Of a stretch of DNA of 64,000 nucleotides, positions 9,981-19,862 are shown one piece after another. Both the position numbers and the translations under genes were made by a program. Each line of letters begins with the position of its first letter. The first letter of the stretch is position 1. The stretch is from Candidatus Heimdallarchaeota archaeon (lineage in GTDB: Archaea; Asgardarchaeota; Heimdallarchaeia; JABLTI01): assembly GCA_018238155.1 (NCBI GenBank), contig JABCTZ010000032.1:160001-224000 (forward strand), written 5' to 3'. The notes below the pieces were generated by a model. That model searched no databases, was not told the DNA's origin, and worked only from the letters and a program-made list of their open reading frames with translations.

Positions 9981-11765
9981 TTGCTTAAATGGATAAGAAG
10001 ACCTGGAAGAATAAATTTAGTTTATTTTATGCTTATAATTATAACTATGACTACTGTGGCATCTGCAGCTACTGTTCAAGCAGCTACGAATCAATATTTC
10101 TTTCGAATTGACATATTAAGCCAAAGTGATCTACCTACTAAGAATATTGCTAATCTCCTAGCTCAAGAATTAGCTAGGATAAGAATTGATTCAATAATAA
10201 ATTCTAACCCTGCAGGTGCTTTTACAGCTGAGCTTGTATCTCGAAATTTTGATATTGTTTTCAGTGAATTCAAGTGGCCTAATTTTGATGTAGATCCTTC
10301 TGTTTACTTCTCCGAAAGAAGCTCAGGTAATTATTGGGGCTTAGATAGTGAAATGACTGGTGGGGCGTTAAACGAAGAGTTACTTCAATCTGGATTAACA
10401 GAAACTAATCTGGTTGCACGAGAAAATATCTACCATCAATGGCAAGAAAATTTTGTGAATGAGCTTTTGCCTGTAATCCCTTGTTATTCATCTGTAGAAA
10501 CATATGCTTCTTGGGATACTTTGACTGGATGGAATCATGATGAAGGTATCGTTGCATCTTTGCCATATATGGATTGGTCTTCCCCTCATTACGGTCAAAT
10601 AAATGATAGTGTTTTCGTTGATTATTTGGATGATTGGAATAGCCTTAATCCTTTATTCGTAGAAGATGATTTTGTTATTTCTTTAATTGCTGAACCTTTA
10701 TTTAGAGTTGATTATGATAATAATCCAGTTCCAGTTCTTGCTACTGGTTGGGAATTCTCAGAAAATGATACTGTCTTAATAATTTCTCTGCGAGAAAATG
10801 TTTTATGGCAACCTGATAAAGATAATCTTTTTACTAGCGAGTACTTTGACGCAGATGATGTTTTATTTTCAATTTTAGCATATCAAGAAATTTCATTAAA
10901 AGGTTCTTATTTTAATTGGATAGAATCTGTTGAAAAAATAAATAATACCGCAGTGAAGATAACCATTGATGGAGATAAGGATGCTGTCAATAGGCAACCA
11001 TTTGCTCCTGCATTAGTATCTCTGAATAACCTTATTCTACCAGAGCATTATTTGAATGTAAGTGTAATAGATGGATTACCAAATACTTCTAGCTCTGAGT
11101 GGGTGGATTTTAGTCTTTTTGGAATGGGAACTGGCATGTATCATTTTGTTCCAGGGCTATATCACGAAGGTGTTCAAGCAGTTTTATATTCCAATGATGA
11201 TTGGTGGGGTTCAACTTTAAATATTGAACAGTACACTTTCAGATTCCTTTCTACATTAAACACAATTCAGCTAGAATTTCAAGGTGGAAAATTAGATATA
11301 TACAAAGAATATCGAGAAACTGACACCAACTTTGATGTTTCTCCATATCTAAAGAAGACTCGTAATAGTTTTGATATGACCTATATTGGTTTTAACTTAA
11401 AATCATCTTCTTGTTCCGAGATAGGTGATCAAACATTGACAGAAGATGGAACAATGTCAAAAGGGCTTGCTGTAAGGAAAGCAATTGCTTCTTTACTCAA
11501 TAAGAATGATTTTGATGATAAGCTTGAAATCGAATTGATGCTAACTGATTCGCCGTTATCAGTTAGATTTGGTTCTTTTGTTAAATCAGACATAACTACC
11601 TATGAAACAAATTTAGAAAAAGCAAAGGAGTATATGTTAAAAGCCGGCTTTGATCCTGATACAATGACTGCTCCAAGTTTTACTATAATTTCATCAATAA
11701 TGTCTATTTTCATTTTAACAGTTATAGTTAGTCTCAATACAAGAAAAAACAATAAGAAGAGCTAA
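9981..11765 (+). CDS. Family 5 (OppA/DppA-type) solute-binding protein, circularly permuted, C-terminal anchor
   Basis: LNPL, PVLATGWEFS, LRENVLW, ADDVLFS, GTGMY, VRKAIA and EKAKEYMLKAGF motifs; ends in PSF-TM-basic tail. Confidence 0.88.
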   Translation: MLKWIRRPGRINLVYFMLIIITMTTVASAATVQAATNQYFFRIDILSQSDLPTKNIANLLAQELARIRIDSIINSNPAGAFTAELVSRNFDIVFSEFKWPNFDVDPSVYFSERSSGNYWGLDSEMTGGALNEELLQSGLTETNLVARENIYHQWQENFVNELLPVIPCYSSVETYASWDTLTGWNHDEGIVASLPYMDWSSPHYGQINDSVFVDYLDDWNSLNPLFVEDDFVISLIAEPLFRVDYDNNPVPVLATGWEFSENDTVLIISLRENVLWQPDKDNLFTSEYFDADDVLFSILAYQEISLKGSYFNWIESVEKINNTAVKITIDGDKDAVNRQPFAPALVSLNNLILPEHYLNVSVIDGLPNTSSSEWVDFSLFGMGTGMYHFVPGLYHEGVQAVLYSNDDWWGSTLNIEQYTFRFLSTLNTIQLEFQGGKLDIYKEYRETDTNFDVSPYLKKTRNSFDMTYIGFNLKSSSCSEIGDQTLTEDGTMSKGLAVRKAIASLLNKNDFDDKLEIELMLTDSPLSVRFGSFVKSDITTYETNLEKAKEYMLKAGFDPDTMTAPSFTIISSIMSIFILTVIVSLNTRKNNKKS

Positions 11766-11928
11766 TAAATCATTAGCTCAACAACTTTTTTTTTACTTTA
11801 TCTCTGAATTTTCGCTCAAGTAAATTTTTAATCTAAAAAGGATTATTTTTACTAGAAAGTAAAAAGCTTGATAAACAACATTCTTTCAATAAATAAATAG
11901 AAACTAATCAAATGGAGTCAATTGAATT

Positions 11929-12300
11929 TTGTCTACAAAATTTTTAACAAATGAAGAAATAGAAGAGAAAATAAGATTATTTCTTTCTGAACATAGTTAC
12001 CAATTCAACGAGAAAGTTATTGTACAAAAGAGATTAAAAGCAGTAGATTTCGAAGTAATAACATCTGATTCTAAAGTAGCCATTCTTTTATTTCTTTGGA
12101 ATCGCTCTGTTCCATATGATAAGGTATACTATGCTGAAGAATATATGAACAAGTATGAATACGATAAAGTGATTTTAGTAAGTAGACAAATGAGCCCAAG
12201 AGCAAAGGAGATAATTAAAAAAGAGAAATTGCCAATTGAAATAATTTTCGAATCAGACTTTAGAACAATGAAAAGTAGTCCACTATTAGGAAAATTATAG
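11929..12300 (+). CDS. Mrr-like restriction-endonuclease-fold protein, probably inactive
   Basis: E..IRLFL...Y, VDF, W.RSV and K.ILVS..MSPRAKE pattern of Mrr_cat-type domains; TTG start with GGAG upstream. Confidence 0.55.
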   Translation: MSTKFLTNEEIEEKIRLFLSEHSYQFNEKVIVQKRLKAVDFEVITSDSKVAILLFLWNRSVPYDKVYYAEEYMNKYEYDKVILVSRQMSPRAKEIIKKEKLPIEIIFESDFRTMKSSPLLGKL

Positions 12301-12342
12301 TGAATGAAATAAGTAACAATATTTGTTTCTTTTTTTCTTTCA

Positions 12343-12651
12343 TTATTTCTTGGACGCAAGAAGCTCTTTTGCTAATTTTATTGGTATCCTGGGCCAAATT
12401 AGTTCTAATAATGCACCATCACATTTACTACATTTTACTTTTTTCTCAATGAAACCATCATCATAATATTCATATGAACTAGAAATCAATTTTTCACATA
12501 AAATATCAATATTGCATTTTTCACATCGAAAATATTTTTTAGGTTTTGCTATTTTTGGCGGCCAAGTGTATATTGAGCAAGATATACATTGTGAACGACC
12601 ATCACATTGTAAATGATTTCCTCGAACAGTCATATAATCAAATTCTTTCAA
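12343..12651 (-). CDS. Cys-rich zinc-finger protein
   Basis: CISC, CEKC and CSKC motifs; start uncertain (TTG or internal ATG). Confidence 0.65.
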   Translation of the reverse strand: MKEFDYMTVRGNHLQCDGRSQCISCSIYTWPPKIAKPKKYFRCEKCNIDILCEKLISSSYEYYDDGFIEKKVKCSKCDGALLELIWPRIPIKLAKELLASKK

Positions 12652-12807
12652 AGTCTTGAGTATCTAATGTGCACAATCTTTAAACATCTTTTCGGTTACA
12701 GCGAAAATCAAAGCTCCATATGGAGTTTCTTAATAGAAAATTTACCTACTATTCTCTACTGAACCTATTTTAGAGCATTCTTCTTGAAGCTTATTTGATA
12801 CCTATTG

Positions 12808-13041
12808 TTAATCCTCATCGATTTTATCTTTATTAGAGGAAAGATACCAATCTAAATAGTCTTTATTTTTCTTTTTTTGTTCGTACTCTGGATCATCATC
12901 GCTTCGTTTTGAAGCGGCAAAATGTTCGCGCTTCATTTTATCAAACTGATAGCGATTAATAACTAAACCACAAGAGGTGCAAACATAATGTGGTGGATCC
13001 GTTTCCATTTTACCTTTACAACTTGGGCATCTGGGCGCCAT
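12808..13041 (-). CDS. Small zinc-ribbon protein (archaeal hypothetical)
   Basis: CPSC...CTSCG ribbon, C-terminal YLDWYLS; AGGAG Shine-Dalgarno upstream. Confidence 0.85.
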   Translation of the reverse strand: MAPRCPSCKGKMETDPPHYVCTSCGLVINRYQFDKMKREHFAASKRSDDDPEYEQKKKNKDYLDWYLSSNKDKIDED

Positions 13042-13175
13042 TTTTTATTACTCCTTTCTAAGTTGATTCTTCTAATATAAATTGGTTTTTTAAATGGTTA
13101 CTTCATTATTAATAATACTACCATTCAACAAAAAAGAGTTTTGATACAACACAATGAATTGAAATTATTATTGCT

Positions 13176-13607
13176 TCATTTCACTTTCTTCACTTTTTGT
13201 TTTTGAATTAGCCTTATTTTTGGTTTTACAACATTGAGTAGAACGGTAATTTTCTCTTTTAGTTTCCAACAGATTTTATAAAATTCTTCTATATTTTCAA
13301 TACCTTCCAATCTATTAAACATATCAAGAGTCTCAAGAAAAGCTTGTCGTATTTTCCGTTCGGCTCTTACTTGTTTGAGTGTTTCCTTAAAGTCCTCTTT
13401 CCATTTCTGACCGAGTGTTTTATCCTCTAAATTATTTAATAACTTTAGAGTAGCAACGATAAATTCCACATCTGATCTCGCTTTCCAAATTGTATCATAG
13501 AATTTAGTGTATTCTTTAGGATCGAGTTTATCGTAAACCTTCTGAATACCTTTTCGAGCATTATCCAATTTTTGAACAATTTCTTCACTTAATGCCAAAA
13601 CATTCAC
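13176..13607 (-). CDS. Hypothetical helical protein
   Basis: 143-aa ORF downstream of gatD on the same strand; amphipathic helical composition. Confidence 0.7.
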   Translation of the reverse strand: MNVLALSEEIVQKLDNARKGIQKVYDKLDPKEYTKFYDTIWKARSDVEFIVATLKLLNNLEDKTLGQKWKEDFKETLKQVRAERKIRQAFLETLDMFNRLEGIENIEEFYKICWKLKEKITVLLNVVKPKIRLIQKQKVKKVK

Positions 13608-13653
13608 GCCAAAGACAATAATTATTTCTTTTTTTTGATTAGGAGTACTAAAA

Positions 13654-15045
13654 TTATTTCTCTTTTATTAGTAATTTGTCTAATCGTTTGTCAACTTTTC
13701 CTTGAAAAATTAAATAGTCATCAAATCTTTCTCGTTTTGTTATTTCACCGGCTAGATTTTTTTGCATTAACTCCTTTACAAAAGGAATTTCTTTAGTATG
13801 ACCAAGAACCCACATTGCTTTTACTAGTGCAACTTCTGGTAACATATTTGCTAGTGGAATAACACCTGCTTGTAATAATAACCTTCCAGTTTCATACACT
13901 TTCATTCCTACAAATCCCCACAAACATTGCGAGGTCATAAAAATGGGTATGTTCTCATCTTTTGCTCTCTCGATAGAATTTCTTTTGTTCCGATTGACAT
14001 GTCCTAAACCTGTTCCTGCGATAACAAGCCCATGATAACCATTGTCTATGTAATAATCAATTATTTCTGAATTCATTCCCGGATAGCTATAGAGAAGCCC
14101 AACTTTTCCATCGATTTTTGTATCGATTTCAAAATCATTTCGCTTTGGATTACGTTTATTATATTTTACTCCTGTTGGTATGATTTTTCCATTTTCTACT
14201 TTAGCTATTGGAGCTCCACCAATTGTCCGGAAAGCATCTCTTCTACTTGAATGCATTTTTCTAACTCTGGTACCTCGATGGAGTAAATTGTATGTATCAC
14301 CAGACATCCCATGCATACAAACCATTACCTCTGCAATATCTGAATGAACAGCCGCTTGCACACTACTGATCAAATTTAGTGCCGCATCACTTGAAGGGCG
14401 ATCACTACTTCTTTGTGACCCTACCAAAATAATCGGTCTATCAACATTTTTGATCATAAAAGAAAGTGCTGCAGCAGTATAATGAAGAGTATCTGTACCA
14501 TGAGCAATTATAATTCCTTCAGGATCAATCCTGTCAACGTAGTTAGCTATTTCATTTGCAATAGTAGACCAATTTGATGGGACAATGTTTTCACTTAAGA
14601 CTTGAAATAAAGAATGAGTTTCAAGATTAGAAATTGCTTTTAATTCCGGTATGGCATTAAATAACTCTTGAGGAGAGAAAGCAGGAATTACTGCTCCAGT
14701 TGAATAATCAAGTTTTGATGCTACCGTACCTCCTGTACCCAATAAAACCACTGTTGGTTTTTTCAAATCTTTTTCATTCACTTTAACCTGAATTTTAAAA
14801 TTAGGTTTTACTTGCTCAATAACCTCGATTTCTTGTATATTGTCTATTTTTATTCCAATATTATAACCATTTTCTAGTTTGATAACTAAATGTTGATCAT
14901 CATTATGTTCTCCTCTTGGTAGAAGAACTCCCTTAAAAATGCCTTTAGTTGATTTTAGTGTGACTTTTGCCCACACGCTGACTTTTCGCTTTTCAAGCCA
15001 TTCTGCTGCAATTCCATAATATCCGGTCTCAGATTCTTCAGGCAC
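13654..15045 (-). CDS. gatD: Glu-tRNA(Gln) amidotransferase subunit D
   Basis: N-terminal KLENGYNIG domain, GTGGTVASK, HGTDT, GSQRSSDRPSSD and KMHSSRRDAF motifs. Confidence 0.98.
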   Translation of the reverse strand: MPEESETGYYGIAAEWLEKRKVSVWAKVTLKSTKGIFKGVLLPRGEHNDDQHLVIKLENGYNIGIKIDNIQEIEVIEQVKPNFKIQVKVNEKDLKKPTVVLLGTGGTVASKLDYSTGAVIPAFSPQELFNAIPELKAISNLETHSLFQVLSENIVPSNWSTIANEIANYVDRIDPEGIIIAHGTDTLHYTAAALSFMIKNVDRPIILVGSQRSSDRPSSDAALNLISSVQAAVHSDIAEVMVCMHGMSGDTYNLLHRGTRVRKMHSSRRDAFRTIGGAPIAKVENGKIIPTGVKYNKRNPKRNDFEIDTKIDGKVGLLYSYPGMNSEIIDYYIDNGYHGLVIAGTGLGHVNRNKRNSIERAKDENIPIFMTSQCLWGFVGMKVYETGRLLLQAGVIPLANMLPEVALVKAMWVLGHTKEIPFVKELMQKNLAGEITKRERFDDYLIFQGKVDKRLDKLLIKEK

Positions 15046-15219
15046 TATTCATCCTCTCAAAGAGATTCGTTATATATTTTACATCAATTGAATAGATATG
15101 TGTTTCTTTAAATTTTTGATGAAAAACTGCTTAATAATTACTAACAAAGTTTTATATTCTTAATAAGAGAACGGTTTTAGATATCAAGTGAATTGTTCTA
15201 AATAATTGAGGTAAAAGAA

Positions 15220-17157
15220 ATGGTTCAAACAACCAAAGAACATTCAAGTTATGATTATCAAGCTTTAGGTTTGAAGTGTGGTCTCGAACTTCATCAACAA
15301 CTTGAAACTGGGAGGAAATTGTTTTGCAAATGTAAAACTGATTTGCAACTTGATGAACCAATGGCTAGAATAACCAGACATATGAGACCAACTCTTTCTG
15401 AGATGGGAGAAAACGATAAGACTGCATTAATGGAATTTAGAAAAGAACAAATAATTACTTATGAAGTTCATGATAGCACTTGCACATATGAAATTGATGA
15501 AGCTCCTCCTTTTGAAATTGATTCAAATGCAATAGATCTTGCTTTAACAATAGCTCGCTTATTACAAATGGAAATTCTTGATGAATTACATGTAAATCGA
15601 AAACAATACTTAGATGGTTCTATTCCAGCTGGTTTTCAAAGAACAATGATAGTTGGTGTGGGTGGCAAAGTAAAAATCTCAAAGAGAACAATAAATCTTG
15701 ATATGCTTGCGTTAGAGGAGGATTCGTGTAGAGAAATAACTAATATAGGTCGAAATATTGTTTGGCGTGTAGATCGTTTAGGCATTCCTTTAGTAGAAAT
15801 TGTTACTAAAACATTCAATTTAGATGATCCAAATGAAATAAAGGATATTGCCATCGGAATTAGTAGAATTCTTCGTGCAACTGGCAAAGTAAAACGTGGG
15901 TTAGGAACCATTCGTCAAGATTTGAATATCAGCATTGAAAAAGGAGCGAGAGTGGAAATAAAAGGAGTGCAAATTTTAGATATGCTTCCTGAATACATAA
16001 AATTGGAAGTTATTCGACAGCTAACACTGATAGAAATAAAAGAAGAAATGGGGAAACGGAAACTTACAGCAGAACTTTTTAAAAATAATTATCAAGATTG
16101 TAAAGACATTTTCAAAAAAACAAAATGTAAATTCCTTATTACTGCAATAAAAAATAAAGAAAAAATAATGGGAATAAAACTTCCAAGAATGCGAGGTTTG
16201 TTAGAGAAAGAAGTTCAAATTGGAAGATCTTTTGGTAAAGAGCTTGCTGATAGAGTGAAAGTAATTACAGGTTTAGGTGGAATTCTTCATACTGATGAAC
16301 TGCCAAATTATGGTATCACGGAAGAAGAAGTATCAATACTACGTGAAAAATTCAATTGTCAGCAAAATGATGTAATTGTAATAGTTTTAGGAAAGAAAGA
16401 AGATGCAATTAATGCTATAGAAGAAGTACTTACTCGAGTCAAAGAGGCAATTGTTGGTGTTCCTGAAGAAACGAGGCATGCTATTGATGATGGTACAACA
16501 ACTTTTCGAAGATATTTGAGTGGTGCAAGTAGAATGTATCCCGATACTGATTCTTATCCAATAATTATCTCAGAATCTAGAATAAAAAGAATTGAGGATG
16601 AATTACCTGAATTACTCGATAAGAAAGAAGAAAGATATATTCAGAAATACAAATTGCCTGAAGCCGTAGCTAAAAGTTTATCGCTATCTCCAAAAGCATC
16701 TTTATTTGAAGAACTGGTGAAAATTGGCTTGGACCCAACACTCGTAGCAATAACTTTAGATCAAACTCTAAAATCATTAGAACGTGAAAAAGTCCCTGTT
16801 CAGAAAATAACTGCTAATACAATCAAAGCAATTTTTCAACTTCTTATCAAGAAAAAAATTGCTAAAGAAGCTATTCCCCTGCTTTTACGATATCAAGCTG
16901 AACATCCAAAAGAAAAAATAGATGAAGCACTAGCTGCTCTTGGATTAGTTTCAATATCTGAAGAGGAATTGATAATAATTATTGATACTGAATTAAATAA
17001 TAACATTGAATTATTGCAAAGATCTGGAAGTAGAGCAATACGAAAAATCATCGGTTTAGTCATGGATAAAGTACGTGGGAAGATAGATGGAAAAATAGTT
17101 AATGATCTTGTTAAGAAACAATTATCTGATTTGCTGGAAGCAACAAGTGTAGAATAA
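15220..17157 (+). CDS. gatE: Glu-tRNA(Gln) amidotransferase subunit E
   Basis: GLKCGLELHQQL, DGSIPAGFQRT, DRLGIPLVEI, RGLGTIRQDLNISI, RVEIKGVQ and RMYPDTD motifs; divergent from gatD. Confidence 0.98.
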   Translation: MVQTTKEHSSYDYQALGLKCGLELHQQLETGRKLFCKCKTDLQLDEPMARITRHMRPTLSEMGENDKTALMEFRKEQIITYEVHDSTCTYEIDEAPPFEIDSNAIDLALTIARLLQMEILDELHVNRKQYLDGSIPAGFQRTMIVGVGGKVKISKRTINLDMLALEEDSCREITNIGRNIVWRVDRLGIPLVEIVTKTFNLDDPNEIKDIAIGISRILRATGKVKRGLGTIRQDLNISIEKGARVEIKGVQILDMLPEYIKLEVIRQLTLIEIKEEMGKRKLTAELFKNNYQDCKDIFKKTKCKFLITAIKNKEKIMGIKLPRMRGLLEKEVQIGRSFGKELADRVKVITGLGGILHTDELPNYGITEEEVSILREKFNCQQNDVIVIVLGKKEDAINAIEEVLTRVKEAIVGVPEETRHAIDDGTTTFRRYLSGASRMYPDTDSYPIIISESRIKRIEDELPELLDKKEERYIQKYKLPEAVAKSLSLSPKASLFEELVKIGLDPTLVAITLDQTLKSLEREKVPVQKITANTIKAIFQLLIKKKIAKEAIPLLLRYQAEHPKEKIDEALAALGLVSISEEELIIIIDTELNNNIELLQRSGSRAIRKIIGLVMDKVRGKIDGKIVNDLVKKQLSDLLEATSVE

Positions 17158-17165
17158 AGAGCAAT

Positions 17166-17690
17166 TTATTGTGATAGCTTTTTCACATCGATTTTCATTT
17201 TTACTACTCTACCGTATCCTTCATCAGATTCTTCAAGAATGTTTCTTCCTATCATATCATTTACTTTGTCGCGAATAATTCGCCTTGATGAGGTCCCTCT
17301 TTCTTGTTTTACAAGTGCTGTTAGCTGAGAAATATTCTTTGGTCCTTCTCGAGTTAAAACATCTACAATTAACCTCTCAATGGCATCAAGATTGACATCA
17401 GGACGTAATCTCATAATCCATTTTGAGGGGGAGAATATTGTTGCTACATTCGTTACTTCCTGGAATGTCCGTAATAATGCAAGGGTCATATTGAGAGATC
17501 CGGTTGCATCATGTAAATCAGGGCTCATCTCATCAATCTTACTCTCTAAAGCAGAGATTCTTTCAATTGTCATGTCTAACTTGTCATTTAAAGCTTCAAG
17601 AGCACCAAAATTAATTGTTGTCTCTTTTTTCTCTTTGTTCTGTTTTTCTTTATCTGACTTTGACATTTTCTTGCCCTCATTGGAGTCCAA
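17166..17690 (-). CDS. Coiled-coil plus C-terminal winged-helix protein, putative regulator
   Basis: IVDVLTREGPKNISQLTALVKQERGTSSRRIIRDKVNDMIGRNIL wHTH pattern. Confidence 0.75.
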   Translation of the reverse strand: MDSNEGKKMSKSDKEKQNKEKKETTINFGALEALNDKLDMTIERISALESKIDEMSPDLHDATGSLNMTLALLRTFQEVTNVATIFSPSKWIMRLRPDVNLDAIERLIVDVLTREGPKNISQLTALVKQERGTSSRRIIRDKVNDMIGRNILEESDEGYGRVVKMKIDVKKLSQ

Positions 17691-17812
17691 AAGATTGGTT
17701 GATTTACACTTTAATATACTTTAATTACATATTTCTGATATTTAAACCTTTTATTATTCTAAAAACTCAAAGATGTTTCCAATAGAAATTCACAACTTTG
17801 AATTCTAGCTCA

Positions 17813-18184
17813 TTAAATTAAGACTGAAAAGGTCTTTAACTTCTTTCCAGTCTCTTTTTTTGGTTCCGATATTTTATTCTCATCATCATCTGTACTTCTA
17901 GTTCTATTTTTGTTTATTATTTTAAGAAGACCTAATATGCTTCCATAATCCTTAAGCATTGATTGGTATTTCTTGGCAAAACTCTTTCCATCTTTTCTTG
18001 GCATACCATTTTTGACCAATTTACGTTGGATACGGATTCTGAATATTTCTCTCCTACATGGTAGGATAATTAACCTTGGCAAAATTACAAAAGTGAATAT
18101 AATACATGACCAGGTTAATTGTAATGTAATAATGAATATATTCGCTAATTTTTTCCAAAATTTACCACGAGCCATAAAAAACAC
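17813..18184 (-). CDS. Small basic membrane-anchored hypothetical protein
   Basis: N-terminal hydrophobic helix; basic domain with LVKNGMP motif. Confidence 0.7.
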   Translation of the reverse strand: MFFMARGKFWKKLANIFIITLQLTWSCIIFTFVILPRLIILPCRREIFRIRIQRKLVKNGMPRKDGKSFAKKYQSMLKDYGSILGLLKIINKNRTRSTDDDENKISEPKKETGKKLKTFSVLI

Positions 18185-18215
18185 AACCTGCCTTCGCTAA
18201 AACAATTGTTGAAGA

Positions 18216-18542
18216 TTAATCCTCATGTTTCTTTTTGGTATCGATATTTATGTTTTGCATTGCTTTTCCAATGATATTGATTGAATCTGCATATTTATCA
18301 ACCATATTGCGAACCATATCTTCTGGGAGACCTTGCTCTGTAAGGGTTTTGTAAATTGTTCCAATTCCTAAAGCATATTGCTCTGCTGTTTCAGCGGAGT
18401 ATAATGCGTTGAATAATCCCTTTATTAATCCTGGAATTTCTTCATTGATTACTCCAAGGAGCTCTTTAATATCTTCAACAGGGATATCATCGCTATCTTT
18501 CTCAATTTTGATTCTTGTTTCTTTCTTTGTTTCTTCAGGCAT
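18216..18542 (-). CDS. Small acidic helical hypothetical protein
   Basis: IPGLIKGLFNALYS and YKTLTEQGLPED motifs; AGGTGA Shine-Dalgarno upstream. Confidence 0.8.
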   Translation of the reverse strand: MPEETKKETRIKIEKDSDDIPVEDIKELLGVINEEIPGLIKGLFNALYSAETAEQYALGIGTIYKTLTEQGLPEDMVRNMVDKYADSINIIGKAMQNINIDTKKKHED

Positions 18543-18683
18543 TTATTAATCACCTAACTATTTTTAGTGTCTATTATAACATTTAGCTGGTCACAATATA
18601 TGAGTTCATTGGTGAAATGTGCTCAGACAATCTACTAATTAATTCGGTATTCATAATTTTCAATTAATTCTTCCAAAAGTTTA

Positions 18684-19862
18684 TTGAAAACAAAGGTAAT
18701 ACTAAGGAACAATAATTCATTTGATGTGTTGTTAATGGCTGTTCCATTTGTACAAGCAATTCCGAGTATTTTGGCAATTCTCTTTTGTTTAACTATTTTG
18801 ATATTATTAAGTTTGAATTATATTTTGAATAGATTTCTCCCAACATTGTTGTTTATATTATTCTTTGTTGGAATACTTCTTTGGTCAATAACAAAACTTG
18901 TAAGTGTTTTACTTCCAGAAACCACAAGTGTTGATTTTGTATTCTATTGGAAAATAGGTTCACTAACGATATTGATTTTATCATTAGTTGTTATAACCTT
19001 CTTCAGAGATCTCTTAACATATTCAACACTTTCTTACCCCTCTGTAATTGTCTCTTTTTTTGCGGGAATATCAATTGCAGCACTTTGGTGGGGAGATTTT
19101 GTGCAAGTTAACTTTAATACAGCTAGTGGGTGGAATACTGATTATGAACCTGCTTGGTTTTTAGTCATTCTCTTAGTTTATCTTGCGATTGTGTATATAT
19201 TCATGTTTAACTTATTGATTGGTGGATTAGTCAAAGCTACCGTTAAAAAACAGAAAGTTCAGATTTCTCTAATAATAACTGGATTAGCTATTGCCTCCCT
19301 TGGAGGTACAGTGTTTAATTATGTGTTAAATCTAGCTCTCCCAAATTTAGGTGATATGGATTTAATTTTTGTTGTAGTAGGATTTGCTATTGTTGCGGTT
19401 GCATATCTAAGATCTCCGATTCAAATCTATTTTGCTCCTGTAGTTGCTCATCGCTTACTCGTAATAAATAATGATGGACTACCGCTTCTCTCTCATGACT
19501 TTTGTGAACTAGGCGAGGATGCATTAACAATGGATTCCACTCTCATTAGTGGTGCATTATCTGGTGTTGTTAATATTCTTAAAGAAACACTTTCAAGTGA
19601 ATCCGTACCACGTCTTATCCGTCTTGACGATCGGGTATTGCTCATTGAAACTTCTGAATCAGCTCTTTACGCATTAATTGTTGATGATGATTCAATGGTA
19701 TTGCGATCTGCTCTCAAAGATTTTTCGAAGGAATTTGAAAAAGGTTTCAAAGAAGTACTTAAAGACTGGAATGGATTAGTAGATGTTTTTGATGATGCTT
19801 ACACCTTGATTACAGAAGACTTCGCATTCATCTTATCAAGCAAATCAACAACAAAAAAATAG
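18684..19862 (+). CDS. Multi-pass (~7 TM) membrane protein with C-terminal longin-like domain (true start probably ATG at 18735)
   Basis: About seven hydrophobic helices, then LLVINNDGLPLLSHDF...LISGALSGVVNILKE...LRSALKDFSKEFEKGF...WNG. Confidence 0.8.
   Translation: MKTKVILRNNNSFDVLLMAVPFVQAIPSILAILFCLTILILLSLNYILNRFLPTLLFILFFVGILLWSITKLVSVLLPETTSVDFVFYWKIGSLTILILSLVVITFFRDLLTYSTLSYPSVIVSFFAGISIAALWWGDFVQVNFNTASGWNTDYEPAWFLVILLVYLAIVYIFMFNLLIGGLVKATVKKQKVQISLIITGLAIASLGGTVFNYVLNLALPNLGDMDLIFVVVGFAIVAVAYLRSPIQIYFAPVVAHRLLVINNDGLPLLSHDFCELGEDALTMDSTLISGALSGVVNILKETLSSESVPRLIRLDDRVLLIETSESALYALIVDDDSMVLRSALKDFSKEFEKGFKEVLKDWNGLVDVFDDAYTLITEDFAFILSSKSTTKK

Noticed and set aside
12652-12730. In-frame TAG just upstream of the 12343-12651 zinc-finger ORF (ATG TTT AAA GAT TGT GCA CAT TAG), suggesting pyrrolysine or readthrough
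   Set aside because: It would add only a few unrecognisable residues, no pyl genes are in view, and an ordinary downstream start explains the gene.
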